Assembly: GCA_023269695.1 (NCBI GenBank)
Contig: JAHFPS010000001.1
Location: 44,366-108,365 of the forward strand
DNA length: 64,000 bases
Direction of reading: 5' to 3'
From: Rickettsia sp.
GTDB taxonomy: Bacteria > Pseudomonadota > Alphaproteobacteria > Rickettsiales > Rickettsiaceae
The notes beneath the pieces are model-generated. The model searched no databases. It was not told the origin of the DNA and worked only from the letters and a program-made list of their open reading frames with translations. The position numbers were made by a program, and so were the translations under genes. Shown in pieces: positions 51,648 to 61,456 of this stretch; within the stretch, counting starts at the first letter, position 1, and every line of letters starts with the position of its first letter.

Positions 51648-52044
51648 AAAATATAATATTGCAAAGCTATTTACTATACTTTTTGTGGATGATGAACCAA
51701 TTTGCCATGATGCAATAAATTTAGTGCTACGTCATGAACAAGAATATAAAATTATCAATGCTTATACTGGGCAAGAGGCAGTTGATTTATCTAAAAAATA
51801 TGCTAATAACATAGATCTAATATTTCTTGATATTTCTCTTCCTGATATGACAGGTTGTAAAGTACATAAACAGATAAGAAGCAATAAAAATCTTGCTCAT
51901 ATTCCTATAATTTTTCAAAGTGGTTTGTCTAACGATCATCAAGAGATAAAAGGACTATTACAAGGACAAGCAACATACATAATCCGTAAACCTTATAAAA
52001 ATGAAGAATTGCTTAAAGCTATCAGGCAGTTCCATTACCTATAG
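51640..52044 (+). CDS. Single-domain response regulator
   Basis: VDDE, IFLDISLPDMTG, IRKP. Confidence 0.92.
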   Translation: MPKKYNIAKLFTILFVDDEPICHDAINLVLRHEQEYKIINAYTGQEAVDLSKKYANNIDLIFLDISLPDMTGCKVHKQIRSNKNLAHIPIIFQSGLSNDHQEIKGLLQGQATYIIRKPYKNEELLKAIRQFHYL

Positions 52045-52376
52045 CTAACCCGAGAAGGTTTTAGCCATAGTAAAGGTGATGTTATTGCGAGGGGGCGTAG
52101 GCCGCACAACTGTCGAAAGTTAGAAGGGGAGGGGGTTTTAGGCAAGGTAGTTTAAAAGTCGTATGTGACCAACGTCATTGCGAGACCACGAAGTGGCATG
52201 GCGATCCACATTCATTAGATTGCTTCGTCGCCAAAATGGCTCCTCGCAATGATGCCAGGCTGTTTTCTCTATGACTTTTAAATGCCATGCGTAAGGTGAG
52301 TGATTAAGATCCTGAAACAAGTTCAGGATAACACATTTGGGTTTTAACCATTCTTTACGACTTTTAAACTGCCATG
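52040..52376. repeat. Composite A/C/B/G repeat cluster between convergent genes
   Basis: A TIR at 52040; C left at 52105; core at about 52173; G right end 52287-52301; B-type end 52359-52376 inside fmt. Confidence 0.85.
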
Positions 52377-53279
52377 AGGGCTTTGTACCCCACGCATAAA
52401 CTCCTCAGCACTTAAAATTTTTCTTCCTTCTTGCTGTAATTTTTGGATGATCAGAGTACCATTACCACAAACTATCTCCAATGAGTTATCATTATTAAAC
52501 ACGGTACCAGGTGGCAAGTTAGTATCCAAATCATTATAATAGGCTTCTAGAATCTTTATAATTTTACCTCTATATTCAAAATATACACCAGGCCAAGGAT
52601 TCATACCTCGAATTCTACAATCTATTTTGTAGGCAGTTTCACACCAATCTATCTTCCCTTCTTCTTTTTTAAGTTTATGAGCATAAGTTACCCCATTTTT
52701 ATCCTGAATAATTCTTGGTAAATTATCAATATTATCTAAAGTTTTAACCAATAAATCAGCTCCTATTTTTGCACATTGGTCGTGCAAAATTGGTAAAGTT
52801 ATTCTAGGAGAAAGTGACAATGAATGCTGCAATATAATGTCGCCAGTATCCAACCCTTCATCCATCTGCATTATACATACAGAAGTTTCTAAATCACCTT
52901 CTATAATAGTACGCTGCAATGGAGCTGCCCCCCTATGACGCGGTAAACTTGACGGATGAATATTAAGACATCCATATTTTTTAGCTTGTATGATAACTTG
53001 CGGTATTAAAAACCCATAAGCAACTACCACTATTATATCCGCATCAATTGAATTAATTAAATTAGTTATTTCTTCGGTTCTCAAGGTCTTAGGGGTATAA
53101 GTTGGAATATTATATTTTGATGCAAACTGATGAATAGGCGATGCTACCTCATTTAACCCTCTCCCTTTAGATTTTGCAGCTTGAGTAAATACGCCAACCA
53201 CCTGGTGGTCGTTGCTGTTAATTAACTCCCTAAGAGTGGGTACAGCAAATTCTGGCGTACCCATAAAAATTACTTTCAT
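52344..53279 (-). CDS. fmt: Methionyl-tRNA formyltransferase
   Basis: IFMGTPEFA, NIHPSSLPRHRGAAP, NPWPG. Confidence 0.98.
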   Translation of the reverse strand: MKVIFMGTPEFAVPTLRELINSNDHQVVGVFTQAAKSKGRGLNEVASPIHQFASKYNIPTYTPKTLRTEEITNLINSIDADIIVVVAYGFLIPQVIIQAKKYGCLNIHPSSLPRHRGAAPLQRTIIEGDLETSVCIMQMDEGLDTGDIILQHSLSLSPRITLPILHDQCAKIGADLLVKTLDNIDNLPRIIQDKNGVTYAHKLKKEEGKIDWCETAYKIDCRIRGMNPWPGVYFEYRGKIIKILEAYYNDLDTNLPPGTVFNNDNSLEIVCGNGTLIIQKLQQEGRKILSAEEFMRGVQSPHGSLKVVKNG

Positions 53280-53803
53280 AAATTATTATTTTTTAGCTTT
53301 TGTAATTTACGTAATGCTATATCCTTTTTCAAAGGACTCAAGTGATCAACTAATAACCTACCATCTAAATGATCCATTTCATGTTGAAGAACCCTAGCAA
53401 GCCAACCATCAGCTTTTAATTCTTGCTGTCTATTATTATAATCTAAGAACCTTATACTTACAGACTCAGACCTTGCTACCTCAACTTGTTGTTCCGGTAA
53501 AGACAAACACCCTTCTACTGCTACAGCTAATTCTTTAGATTTGTCTATTATCTCTGGGTCTACGATAAATAATGGATAAAAATCTACAGCTCTTTCTGTA
53601 TCGTCATTATTCTGTAAATCAACCACTAATATACGCTTAGCTATTCCAAGCTGAATTGCTGCAAGTCCTACCCCATGATCATGATACATGGTTTCAACCA
53701 TGTCATCCATCAACTTTCTTATAGTATCATTGACTGTACCTACTGAGAAAGATTTTTGTTTTAATCTTGAATCAGGAGCAGTTACAATAGGTAACACAGA
53801 CAT
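53276..53803 (-). CDS. def: Peptide deformylase
   Basis: GVGLAAIQ, EGCLS, QHEMDHLDG. Confidence 0.98.
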   Translation of the reverse strand: MSVLPIVTAPDSRLKQKSFSVGTVNDTIRKLMDDMVETMYHDHGVGLAAIQLGIAKRILVVDLQNNDDTERAVDFYPLFIVDPEIIDKSKELAVAVEGCLSLPEQQVEVARSESVSIRFLDYNNRQQELKADGWLARVLQHEMDHLDGRLLVDHLSPLKKDIALRKLQKLKNNNL

Positions 53804-54097
53804 AATTTTTAAACCGCAGATTATTTACCAAAAACTTACATTACTAAATCCTGTATTGTAACAGAAACTAACAAATAAGTCCAGTGCAGGCTATTTGTTA
53901 CTTACAATTATAATACTTAAACATTATTATAAAAAAATATTCTTTGCTAAATCCATTATAATTGTGTTACATTCCGCAATAGCTTTTCAGAATTTAGGAA
54001 AATCATTGATTGGATTACTCCATTATTAATTATTTCCTAATAATCTAAAATTATAGTATAACTTATATAGTACAACTTACAAAAAATTTAAGTATAT

Positions 54098-54739
54098 ATG
54101 TTTAATATTACTGCAAAAAATAAACAACTAGATAGAGCTAAAGTATCTAGTATTTTTTGCAAACTAGGACAAAAAGAAAAAAAAGAAAAGACTAAAATCA
54201 GTGAATTGTTAATTGATTTTCATGAAAATGGTCTTCTCTTAACAATGCTTTTCTTTGCCATACCAGTGGCAATTCCTTTGCCGTATCCTCCGGGTTTTAC
54301 TACTATAGTAGGTATCCCTTTGATAGTTTTATCTATGCAGATGTTGCTTGGCTTTAGACAAGTTTCTTTACCATCGAAAATTAATAACTATCAAATTAGC
54401 AATGATATACTTATCAATATAAGTAATAAGATTGTGCCAAAAATTAAATTGGTAGAAAAATATATACGACCAAGATTTAGTTTTGCATCTTCTATATATT
54501 GCGAACAATTTATTGGTTTAGTATCGCTGATTTGTGCTATTGCCATATCAATACCTTTACCTTTAACCAATGCTATACCTGCACTTGGTATTACTATAAT
54601 GACCCTCGGTCTTTTAAACCGAGATGGATTAACTATATTTCTTGGGTTTATGGTCTCTATAATTGGTCTTATTATAGCTGTTATAGCAATTACTGCTAGC
54701 TGGATTAGCATAAAATATTTATTTAATCTATTTTTCTGA
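54098..54739 (+). CDS. ExoD-family membrane protein
   Basis: Hydrophobic; IPLP..PG, PLPLTNAIPA, RDG motifs. Confidence 0.85.
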   Translation: MFNITAKNKQLDRAKVSSIFCKLGQKEKKEKTKISELLIDFHENGLLLTMLFFAIPVAIPLPYPPGFTTIVGIPLIVLSMQMLLGFRQVSLPSKINNYQISNDILINISNKIVPKIKLVEKYIRPRFSFASSIYCEQFIGLVSLICAIAISIPLPLTNAIPALGITIMTLGLLNRDGLTIFLGFMVSIIGLIIAVIAITASWISIKYLFNLFF

Positions 54740-54752
54740 CGTTATTCTTCCA

Positions 54753-55472
54753 ATGAAACAAAAATTATATCAAGGATCAAGTAAAGCTCTCTATCAGTCG
54801 CAAGAAGATTTTGCTTTTATTATGTCCTTTACTGACAAAATTACTCTAGAAAATGGCGAGATTTTTGATATTTCGGGTAAAGGAGTGCTGAATAATAATA
54901 TTTCATCCTTTATAATGAGTAAGCTCGATATGGTGGGGATAGAGAACCACCTAATTGAAAAAATGAATATGCGTGAACAATTAATACAATCTGTGGATAT
55001 TTTCCCCATTCAAATATCGATTTCTACAGTAGCATGTGGCAGGTTTGTAAAAGAGTTCTCTATGGAAGAAGGATATGTATTCGATCACCCAATTATCGAT
55101 TTTAGAGTCAGAAGTAGAGAATTAAAGCATCCTATAATTAATGAACATCAAATACTGAATTTTGGTTGGTTAAACAAGCAAGAAATTGACGAAGTGAAAC
55201 ATCAAGCCATCAGAATACATGATTTTTTAAGTGGATTATTTACAGCTATTGGTATAAGACTTGTTGAATGTAGACTAGAATTTGGTAGAGTGTTTAATGG
55301 CGAAGACTTTATGGTAATGTTGGCAGATGAAATCAGTCCTGATAATTGCCGTTTATGGAATATGAGTAATAATGAAAAACTTGGAGCAGAAATGATTGCC
55401 ATTGATCCAGAAAAAGCTATTAAATCTTATCAGGCAATAGCTGATTTATTAAAAGATAGAACTTATAAGTGA
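54753..55472 (+). CDS. purC: SAICAR synthetase-like protein
   Basis: GKGVLNN.ISS, LEFG, LADEISPDNCRLW. Confidence 0.9.
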   Translation: MKQKLYQGSSKALYQSQEDFAFIMSFTDKITLENGEIFDISGKGVLNNNISSFIMSKLDMVGIENHLIEKMNMREQLIQSVDIFPIQISISTVACGRFVKEFSMEEGYVFDHPIIDFRVRSRELKHPIINEHQILNFGWLNKQEIDEVKHQAIRIHDFLSGLFTAIGIRLVECRLEFGRVFNGEDFMVMLADEISPDNCRLWNMSNNEKLGAEMIAIDPEKAIKSYQAIADLLKDRTYK

Positions 55473-55490
55473 CATCTCTAATTTGTGTGA

Positions 55491-55765
55491 TATAGCATTT
55501 CTGTCATTAGACCTCCTTCGAAACTCGCTTGTGCTGAGGGATTTGAAGGAGGCTCGGAACGGAGAACCGCATCGTACTTAAATGTACGTGAGGATTCGAG
55601 TACCGAATCGACGTACAAATCACCAGCAGAAGTAGAGTTTCGAAAGAGGTCTATTGTGAGAAGACTGTAGGTCGACGAAGTAATCCAAGAGCATGGATTG
55701 CCACGACCACTACTTGTTCTCGCAATGACGAAGATGTTATCTAGAACCTTAACGGGTTAACTATA
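55491..55765. repeat. Degenerate A element whose core is interrupted by an RPE-1-like copy
   Basis: TATAGC...GGTTAACTATA. Confidence 0.8.
55509..55652. mobile_element. 144-bp RPE-1-like element
   Basis: AGACCTC...GAGGTCT with ATT on both sides. Confidence 0.9.
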
Positions 55766-55788
55766 ACATATTTTTTTAGGTAAAATAC

Positions 55789-56020
55789 CAGGGCAGTTTA
55801 AAAGTCACAACTAATGATATAAGATACTAGGTTATAGAAACGAATAGCTGTCATCGCGAGCCACGAAGTGGCGTGGCGATCCAAATAAACAGCTTGTTAT
55901 TTTTGCTGCTGCAATTTTTGGATTGCCACGTTGCCGCTTTGCGACTCCTCGCAATGACGGTTATTCACCTAAGTAAAACCGATCTTTTCTACTATTAATT
56001 GCGACTTTTAAATCGCCCTG
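55789..56020. mobile_element. Shell-B MITE with 9-bp TSD
   Basis: CAGGGCAG...TCGCCCTG; GTAAAATAC at 55780-55788 and 56021-56029. Confidence 0.92.
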
Positions 56021-56034
56021 GTAAAATACTCAAA

Positions 56035-56271
56035 ATGAAACATCGCTTTAATTTATTACTTATATTTATCTGGTTTTATCAATTTTTTATCTCTCCCTTA
56101 CTTGGTGTCAATTGCCGTTTTTATCCGTCATGTTCAGAATATGCTAAATCAGCAATAATGATACATGGTAATATTAAAGGGTTATGGTTATTTATTAAGA
56201 GAATAGTCAGGTGTAATCCTTTTTGTCATGGTGGATGTGACCCTGTACCTAATCAGGGTGATTGTAAATAA
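56035..56271 (+). CDS. yidD: Membrane protein insertion efficiency factor YidD
   Basis: [26 protein letters not shown]. Confidence 0.93.
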   Translation: MKHRFNLLLIFIWFYQFFISPLLGVNCRFYPSCSEYAKSAIMIHGNIKGLWLFIKRIVRCNPFCHGGCDPVPNQGDCK

Positions 56272-56436
56272 ATATATTTGTTTGTAAATTGACAAATAAT
56301 ACAATCTTCTATACTATATCAAAATTTATGACACCAATGATAGGCTATATTAAGGTTTCTAGAGTGTAATATGCTTAAGTAAAGCTGAAGTTTAACTAAT
56401 CAATCTGATAATATAATTAAAAAAAATAGCATCTTT

Positions 56437-56877
56437 ATGAACATTAAAATTAGAAAATTAGAACATTCTGTAGATATTTTGCCTGGTTATGCCACCCAGC
56501 AGAGTAGCGGTATGGATATAATAGCAGCAAATATTGAGCCAATCACTATTAAGTCACAAGAAGTAAAGTTAGTACCCACGGGAATTTGCATAGCCTTGCC
56601 TACCCATTTAGAAGCTCAAATCAGACCAAGATCAGGTTTAGCACTAAAACATGGCATTACTGTACTAAATTCACCTGGTACAATTGATGCCGACTATCGT
56701 GGTGAGATAAAGGTAATTTTAATTAATCATGCTAAGAAAGATTTTGTAATTGAGCGTGGCATGAAAATTGCTCAGATGGTTATCGCTAGATATGAGCAGA
56801 TATTATGGGATGAGGTGGATTTGTTAGATGAAACACCTAGAGGTATTGGTGGATTTGGCTCGACTGGAAAATTTTAA
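56437..56877 (+). CDS. dut: dUTP diphosphatase
   Basis: [30 protein letters not shown]. Confidence 0.98.
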   Translation: MNIKIRKLEHSVDILPGYATQQSSGMDIIAANIEPITIKSQEVKLVPTGICIALPTHLEAQIRPRSGLALKHGITVLNSPGTIDADYRGEIKVILINHAKKDFVIERGMKIAQMVIARYEQILWDEVDLLDETPRGIGGFGSTGKF

Positions 56878-56972
56878 ATTATGCTTTTTCAGTATAGGAA
56901 ATTATGCTGTAGCAATGAACCGAACAAATTGGAAATTTGGTAAATCAGATACTAATATTATCTATTTTCTTT

Positions 56973-58058
56973 CTATAATTTTATTAACTCTGCTTTTTTG
57001 GTTAAAGACTCTATGCCATTTAAGTCAGTGGCAGTTACCCATAATTGTAATCCTAATTCTAGGAAAAGATCAATTAAATACTCCCTCCTTTTTTTATCAA
57101 GATGGACAAATACCTCATCTAACAGTAAAATAGGCATAGCGATGTTTTGTTTAATAGCATAATTAACTTGGGCAAGTATTATTGCAATGAGCATAGCCTT
57201 CTGTTCACCGGTTGAACAGTGTTTAACGAGGGCATTTTTCTCTTTATGAATAACTACAAAATCACTTTTATGAACTCCAAAATTAGTACGATTAGACATT
57301 TTATCACGAATACGACAGCCCACTAATTCTTTTTTTATAAAATTAACATCTATCTCATAATTTTTTGATATTTTTTCTTCTATAATCCCACTAATTGATA
57401 AAATGGCTTTAGGGAACTCATTATCCAAATCATCAATAGTTTTTTGGATGTGTTCTAAAATTTTTAACCTATTAATAGCGATTTTAACTGATAATTCTGC
57501 CATTTTTTCTTCAATTATTCCCAACCAATTTGTATCAACTTGCTCTTGTAATAGAATTTTACTACGTTCATGCATATAATATTCATATTTAGTAACTATC
57601 CCTGCATGAGATGGATTAAAATTATAAACAATCCTGTCAAAAAATTTACGTCTATCACTAATACCGGAAGAGAAAATACCATCCATTTGGGGGGTAAGCC
57701 AAATCATAGCAGAGAACTTGCTCAGTTCATTATTTTGTATTTTAACACCGTTAAATTCTGTAAATCGCCTATTAGATTGACGTTTTAAATTTGTTAAAAT
57801 TTCAATTGGTCCAAGTTTACTGTGTAGTAGCCCATAAGCCGAACAATGATCTACTCCTCTTTGACAAATATCATCCAATTTGGCTGATCTTAAACCTTTA
57901 CCAGGCGAAAATAGTGATATTGATTCCAGAACGTTAGTTTTGCCACTACCATTTGCTCCTATTAATATGATAGGATTATTACCAGTATTAATCTCTAAAT
58001 CCTGAAAATTACGGTAATTTAGTAGCTTTAATTTTTGTAAGTAAATATTATTAATCAA
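56973..58058 (-). CDS. recF: DNA replication/repair protein RecF
   Basis: GANGSGKTNVLE, CSTGEQK, LLLDEV. Confidence 0.96.
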   Translation of the reverse strand: MINNIYLQKLKLLNYRNFQDLEINTGNNPIILIGANGSGKTNVLESISLFSPGKGLRSAKLDDICQRGVDHCSAYGLLHSKLGPIEILTNLKRQSNRRFTEFNGVKIQNNELSKFSAMIWLTPQMDGIFSSGISDRRKFFDRIVYNFNPSHAGIVTKYEYYMHERSKILLQEQVDTNWLGIIEEKMAELSVKIAINRLKILEHIQKTIDDLDNEFPKAILSISGIIEEKISKNYEIDVNFIKKELVGCRIRDKMSNRTNFGVHKSDFVVIHKEKNALVKHCSTGEQKAMLIAIILAQVNYAIKQNIAMPILLLDEVFVHLDKKRREYLIDLFLELGLQLWVTATDLNGIESLTKKAELIKL

Positions 58059-58723
58059 TAAATTGTCTTCCCACCACTCTTAAATTTCTGATGAGCCTTA
58101 TTTAATTTTTTGATAAATTCTGGAGAATATGATTTAATATCACCTTTTGATCCACCTTCGTAGTGTTTAGCTAGATCCATCCCTCCTTTAATCATATTAT
58201 AAGCAAAATTTTCTTTCTTTGTTTCTCCAGCTATTCTTTTAGGATTCATAAATTTATAAACTTGGTATAAAGCAAAATTTTTAACTAAACGTCTTGCTTC
58301 CAATCTAGATTGCTTGCTTATACCTTGTAAATTGTCTTTTGATTTTATCAAACCTCGGTTAGCTTCTTTTACCAATAGCGAATGTTGTTGCATTAAGTAA
58401 CTACTTACTTCGGCAATATTCTTACTGATAAGTTTTTCATCAATTTTAAGATTTAATTTCTTATTATTGAGTTTACCTAAATATTTTTGTATTAATATGA
58501 TAATTTGTGTCTGTAATTTTGTCAGATCCATTGTTTGCTCGTTAAGACAAGCTAATATTTGTTCTATCTCTTGCTCGAAAGCATCGTTTGTATTTAACTC
58601 ATTGAAAATTTCCATTGCATCATCAGATGCAAGTTCATCATCATCAGTGATACCTACTAACGCATCTTTAATTTGGTCTGCCAACTTTCTAGAGTCTTTT
58701 GGTTTTTTGTTATCTTCTTCCAT
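58055..58723 (-). CDS. Conserved hypothetical protein
   Basis: 222-aa ORF with ATGA overlap to recF; no motif recognised with certainty. Confidence 0.75.
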   Translation of the reverse strand: MEEDNKKPKDSRKLADQIKDALVGITDDDELASDDAMEIFNELNTNDAFEQEIEQILACLNEQTMDLTKLQTQIIILIQKYLGKLNNKKLNLKIDEKLISKNIAEVSSYLMQQHSLLVKEANRGLIKSKDNLQGISKQSRLEARRLVKNFALYQVYKFMNPKRIAGETKKENFAYNMIKGGMDLAKHYEGGSKGDIKSYSPEFIKKLNKAHQKFKSGGKTIY

Positions 58724-58746
58724 TTATTAGCCTCCTATTTCTCAAT

Positions 58747-59052
58747 TATAGCTAACTCGACTAACATTTAGCCATAGTAAACTGGCTTCTATTAGCGAGG
58801 AGCAACTTATAGTGGCGACGAAGCAATCCTGTTTTGTGTCATACCTGCGAAAGCAGGTATCTAGGAGACTGTCGGAAATAACTAAAGTAATTCTATATTT
58901 GGCTCTTTTTGGCTGCTAATAAACAGGATTTTCTTGAAATAGGTACACTATTCCTTCAAAAATCCTATTTATTCTCGCCTAAAAATAGCTCAAAATATAA
59001 TTAATTAGTTATCTCCGACAGACTCCTAGATTCCCGCCTACGCGGGAATGAC
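58747..59052. repeat. A left TIR and core whose inner hairpin pair hosts element F
   Basis: TATAGCTAACTC at 58747; ...GGTATC TA [F] TA GATTCCCG... Confidence 0.85.
58864..59026. mobile_element. Element F (163 bp, TA/CTAG target)
   Basis: GGAGACTGTCGGAAATAACTA...TAGTTATCTCCGACAGACTCC. Confidence 0.88.
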
Positions 59053-59056
59053 AATT

Positions 59057-59261
59057 TATAGCTAACCAGAATAAGTTCTAGATATTCCAGGCGTCATTGC
59101 GAGGAGCCACTTTAGTGGCGCGACGCGGCAATCCTGTTTTGTGTCATACCTGCGAAAGCAGGTATCTAGATTCCCGCCTACGCGGGAATGACAACTTACA
59201 ATTGCTTCGTCGTGCTTACACACTCCTCGCAATGACGGAGTAATGCTAATCGGGTTAGCTA
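59057..59261. mobile_element. Shell-A MITE
   Basis: TATAGCTAACC...GGTTAGCTA. Confidence 0.9.
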
Positions 59262-59612
59262 TCATTCTTGAGTAGTAAAGTGTCCTCTATAAGTTCTATA
59301 CAACATGACCCCTCGACGCTCTTCAATTATAGTTTTGCATAGTAAGGCTGAGTCAATAGCTTTTTGTCTTTTGGTAAATTTATATTCTTTCTCTGTACAT
59401 AATTCACTTATACTAATATTTTGCCAAACAAGTCCATCAAAAATTTTTGCTTTAATGTAACCACTTGACTTTAAATTATCATAGTCTCCTTTGTTAAGAC
59501 TTAATGCATCGTCATTTAACAGAAGTTTAATATCCCCAACATATAGCTTTGCTATAGGGTCAACATATTTAATATAGACTATACCGGTTAGTTCTATCGT
59601 GCTAGGTATCAT
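59262..59612 (-). CDS. Small hypothetical protein
   Basis: 116-aa non-repeat ORF between repeat clusters. Confidence 0.65.
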   Translation of the reverse strand: MIPSTIELTGIVYIKYVDPIAKLYVGDIKLLLNDDALSLNKGDYDNLKSSGYIKAKIFDGLVWQNISISELCTEKEYKFTKRQKAIDSALLCKTIIEERRGVMLYRTYRGHFTTQE

Positions 59613-59633
59613 AATCTTCTGTCTTTGTTTCTA

Positions 59634-59792
59634 GGCTCTGTGAAGGTTTCTAAAGTGACCTAATTTTGGCTATTTTTTGCTGCGAATAAACATGATTTTT
59701 TTGAAATAGGTACACTATTCCTTCAAAAATCCTATTTATTCTCGCTAAAAAATAGCTCAAAATATAGAACAATTAGAAACCTTCACAGAGCC
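59634..59792. mobile_element. Element E (159 bp, TA-flanked)
   Basis: GGCTCTGTGAAGGTTTCTAA...TTAGAAACCTTCACAGAGCC, perfect 20-bp TIR. Confidence 0.9.
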
Positions 59793-59804
59793 TAAGATGG
59801 TCAA

Positions 59805-59979
59805 TGTAGCTAACCCGATTAGTATTTATCCACGCAAACTGGCGTCATTGCGAGGAGGTGCGAAGCCCGAACGAAGCAATCCATTTCTAATCACCTTTCT
59901 GGATTGCTTCGTCGCTACTAAAGTAGCTCCTCGCAATGACGTCCGTGAATTTGGCGTAATGTTATTCGGGTTAGCTATA
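59805..59979. mobile_element. Shell-A MITE
   Basis: TGTAGCTAACCCGA...GGGTTAGCTATA. Confidence 0.9.
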
Positions 59980-59987
59980 ACTTCTCC

Positions 59988-60692
59988 TTAAAAATGATGC
60001 AATATTGGTTCTTGTTCATCATATTCTTTCAACATATAACCACGTCCCCATACTGTATCAATATAGTTTGTACCACCAGCAGCATCAGCCAACTTCTTAC
60101 GTAATTTGCAGACAAATACGTCTATAATCTTAATCTCTGGTTCATCAACACTACTATACAGATGGTCTAAGAACATCTCCTTATTCAATACCGTTCCTCT
60201 ACGCAATACCAACAATTCTAAAATAGCATATTCTTTGTTCGTTAAATGAACCTTTTTGCCATCAACTTCTACAATTCTGGTATCAAGATGAATACTTACC
60301 TTGTCAAACCTAACCACTGACTCAGAATGCCCTTTAGAACGACGAACAATTGCGTAAATACGAGCAATTAATTCTTCGCGGTTAAATGGTTTTGTGATAT
60401 AGTCATCTGCCCCACACGTAAGACCTTTAATTTTTTGATCAACTGTAGTAAGACCCGATAAAATCAATATAGGTGTCTTTACTTTAGCGGAACGTAATCT
60501 CAGCAGAACCTCGAATCCACTAATATCTGGCAGCATAAGGTCTAAAATAATTAAATCATAATTGTAAACTTTAGCTATTTCTATCCCTTCTGCACCAAAC
60601 TCTACCACTTCACAAATAATTCCTTCTGAAGCTAACGTTAATTCAATAGAACTAGCTATATCACTATTATCTTCTACTAATAGTACCCTCAT
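59988..60692 (-). CDS. ctrA: Cell-cycle response regulator CtrA
   Basis: [50 protein letters not shown]. Confidence 0.96.
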   Translation of the reverse strand: MRVLLVEDNSDIASSIELTLASEGIICEVVEFGAEGIEIAKVYNYDLIILDLMLPDISGFEVLLRLRSAKVKTPILILSGLTTVDQKIKGLTCGADDYITKPFNREELIARIYAIVRRSKGHSESVVRFDKVSIHLDTRIVEVDGKKVHLTNKEYAILELLVLRRGTVLNKEMFLDHLYSSVDEPEIKIIDVFVCKLRKKLADAAGGTNYIDTVWGRGYMLKEYDEQEPILHHF

Positions 60693-60942
60693 TACATCTT
60701 TCTCCTTAATAAATTTTTCTTTATTAACTTACTTTTTATTACACGCTATGTTCTCATTTTATCTCTATAAGAGCAAGTAATTTTATTACGAATAACCGAA
60801 TTTGGGATAACTTAGTTATCTCAAATTTGCGTATATTAAAGATAAATGTTCATAGCATCTAATTAAATAAAATATTACTTATAGTTATCCCCAGGAAAAT
60901 TTTATCCATAGAGTTGACCTAGCAAGCAGTTAAAATCTTAGA

Positions 60943-61073
60943 TATACGCGAATGCTTTAAAGAATTGGCTCCTGCAAATACTTGTGGGGTATTCGCGTGT
61001 TCACGTACTAGTTGTACGCTCCGCTCGCTCATCCCTTGTTTTACGTCCCAATTCTTCAGATCATTCGCGTATA
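60943..61073. mobile_element. 131-bp TA-flanked RPE-like element
   Basis: TATACGCGAATG...CATTCGCGTATA perfect 12-bp TIR; same family as 44199. Confidence 0.88.
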
Positions 61074-61456
61074 CTACAATAAGATCGTTATTACTAGCTT
61101 TTTCTATTATAGCAAATTTTTGATTTTGAATATCTTGCAGGTCAGTGGAGATTGTTAAATAAGCAAAGTTTATCATTAAATTTATCATTATTTTTTAGTT
61201 GTTCTTAAATAAACTATAATTCTAATTCAACCCTAAGTGGCTGAACTAAAAATAATCAAGTATAAATACTACAGTATAGTTAGTTTAAACAATCATTTCA
61301 TTGTAGACGTTTGTTATAATTTTTGCAATCACGTTAGTTGTAATTTTATTAAAATTTAGTATAGACAATTGTAGATTATTGTTATAATCATAAATAATGA
61401 CGTAAGGATCTTGTATAAATTAGCCATATTTAATGAATTATTAAAAGATTGGCATG

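Noticed and set aside
1117-59991. Short ORFs made of repeat sequence (1117-1326, 2302-2496, 12560-12763, 24459-24647, 27289-27471, 32436-32729, 32583-32795, 35357-35569, 35385-35678, 52138-52320, 59062-59265, 59797-59991)
   Set aside because: They translate the GC-richer core palindrome, which is open in several frames; no SD or operon coupling supports them.
60693-60900. CtrA autoregulatory box (TTAA-N7-TTAA) search upstream of ctrA, also checked upstream of murD
   Set aside because: No full consensus found by eye; only half sites.
60885-60910. Two DnaA-box-like 9-mers (TTATCCCCA, TTATCCATA) upstream of ctrA
   Set aside because: Each has a mismatch to TTATCCACA, and such matches are common in AT-rich DNA; there are no other origin features.
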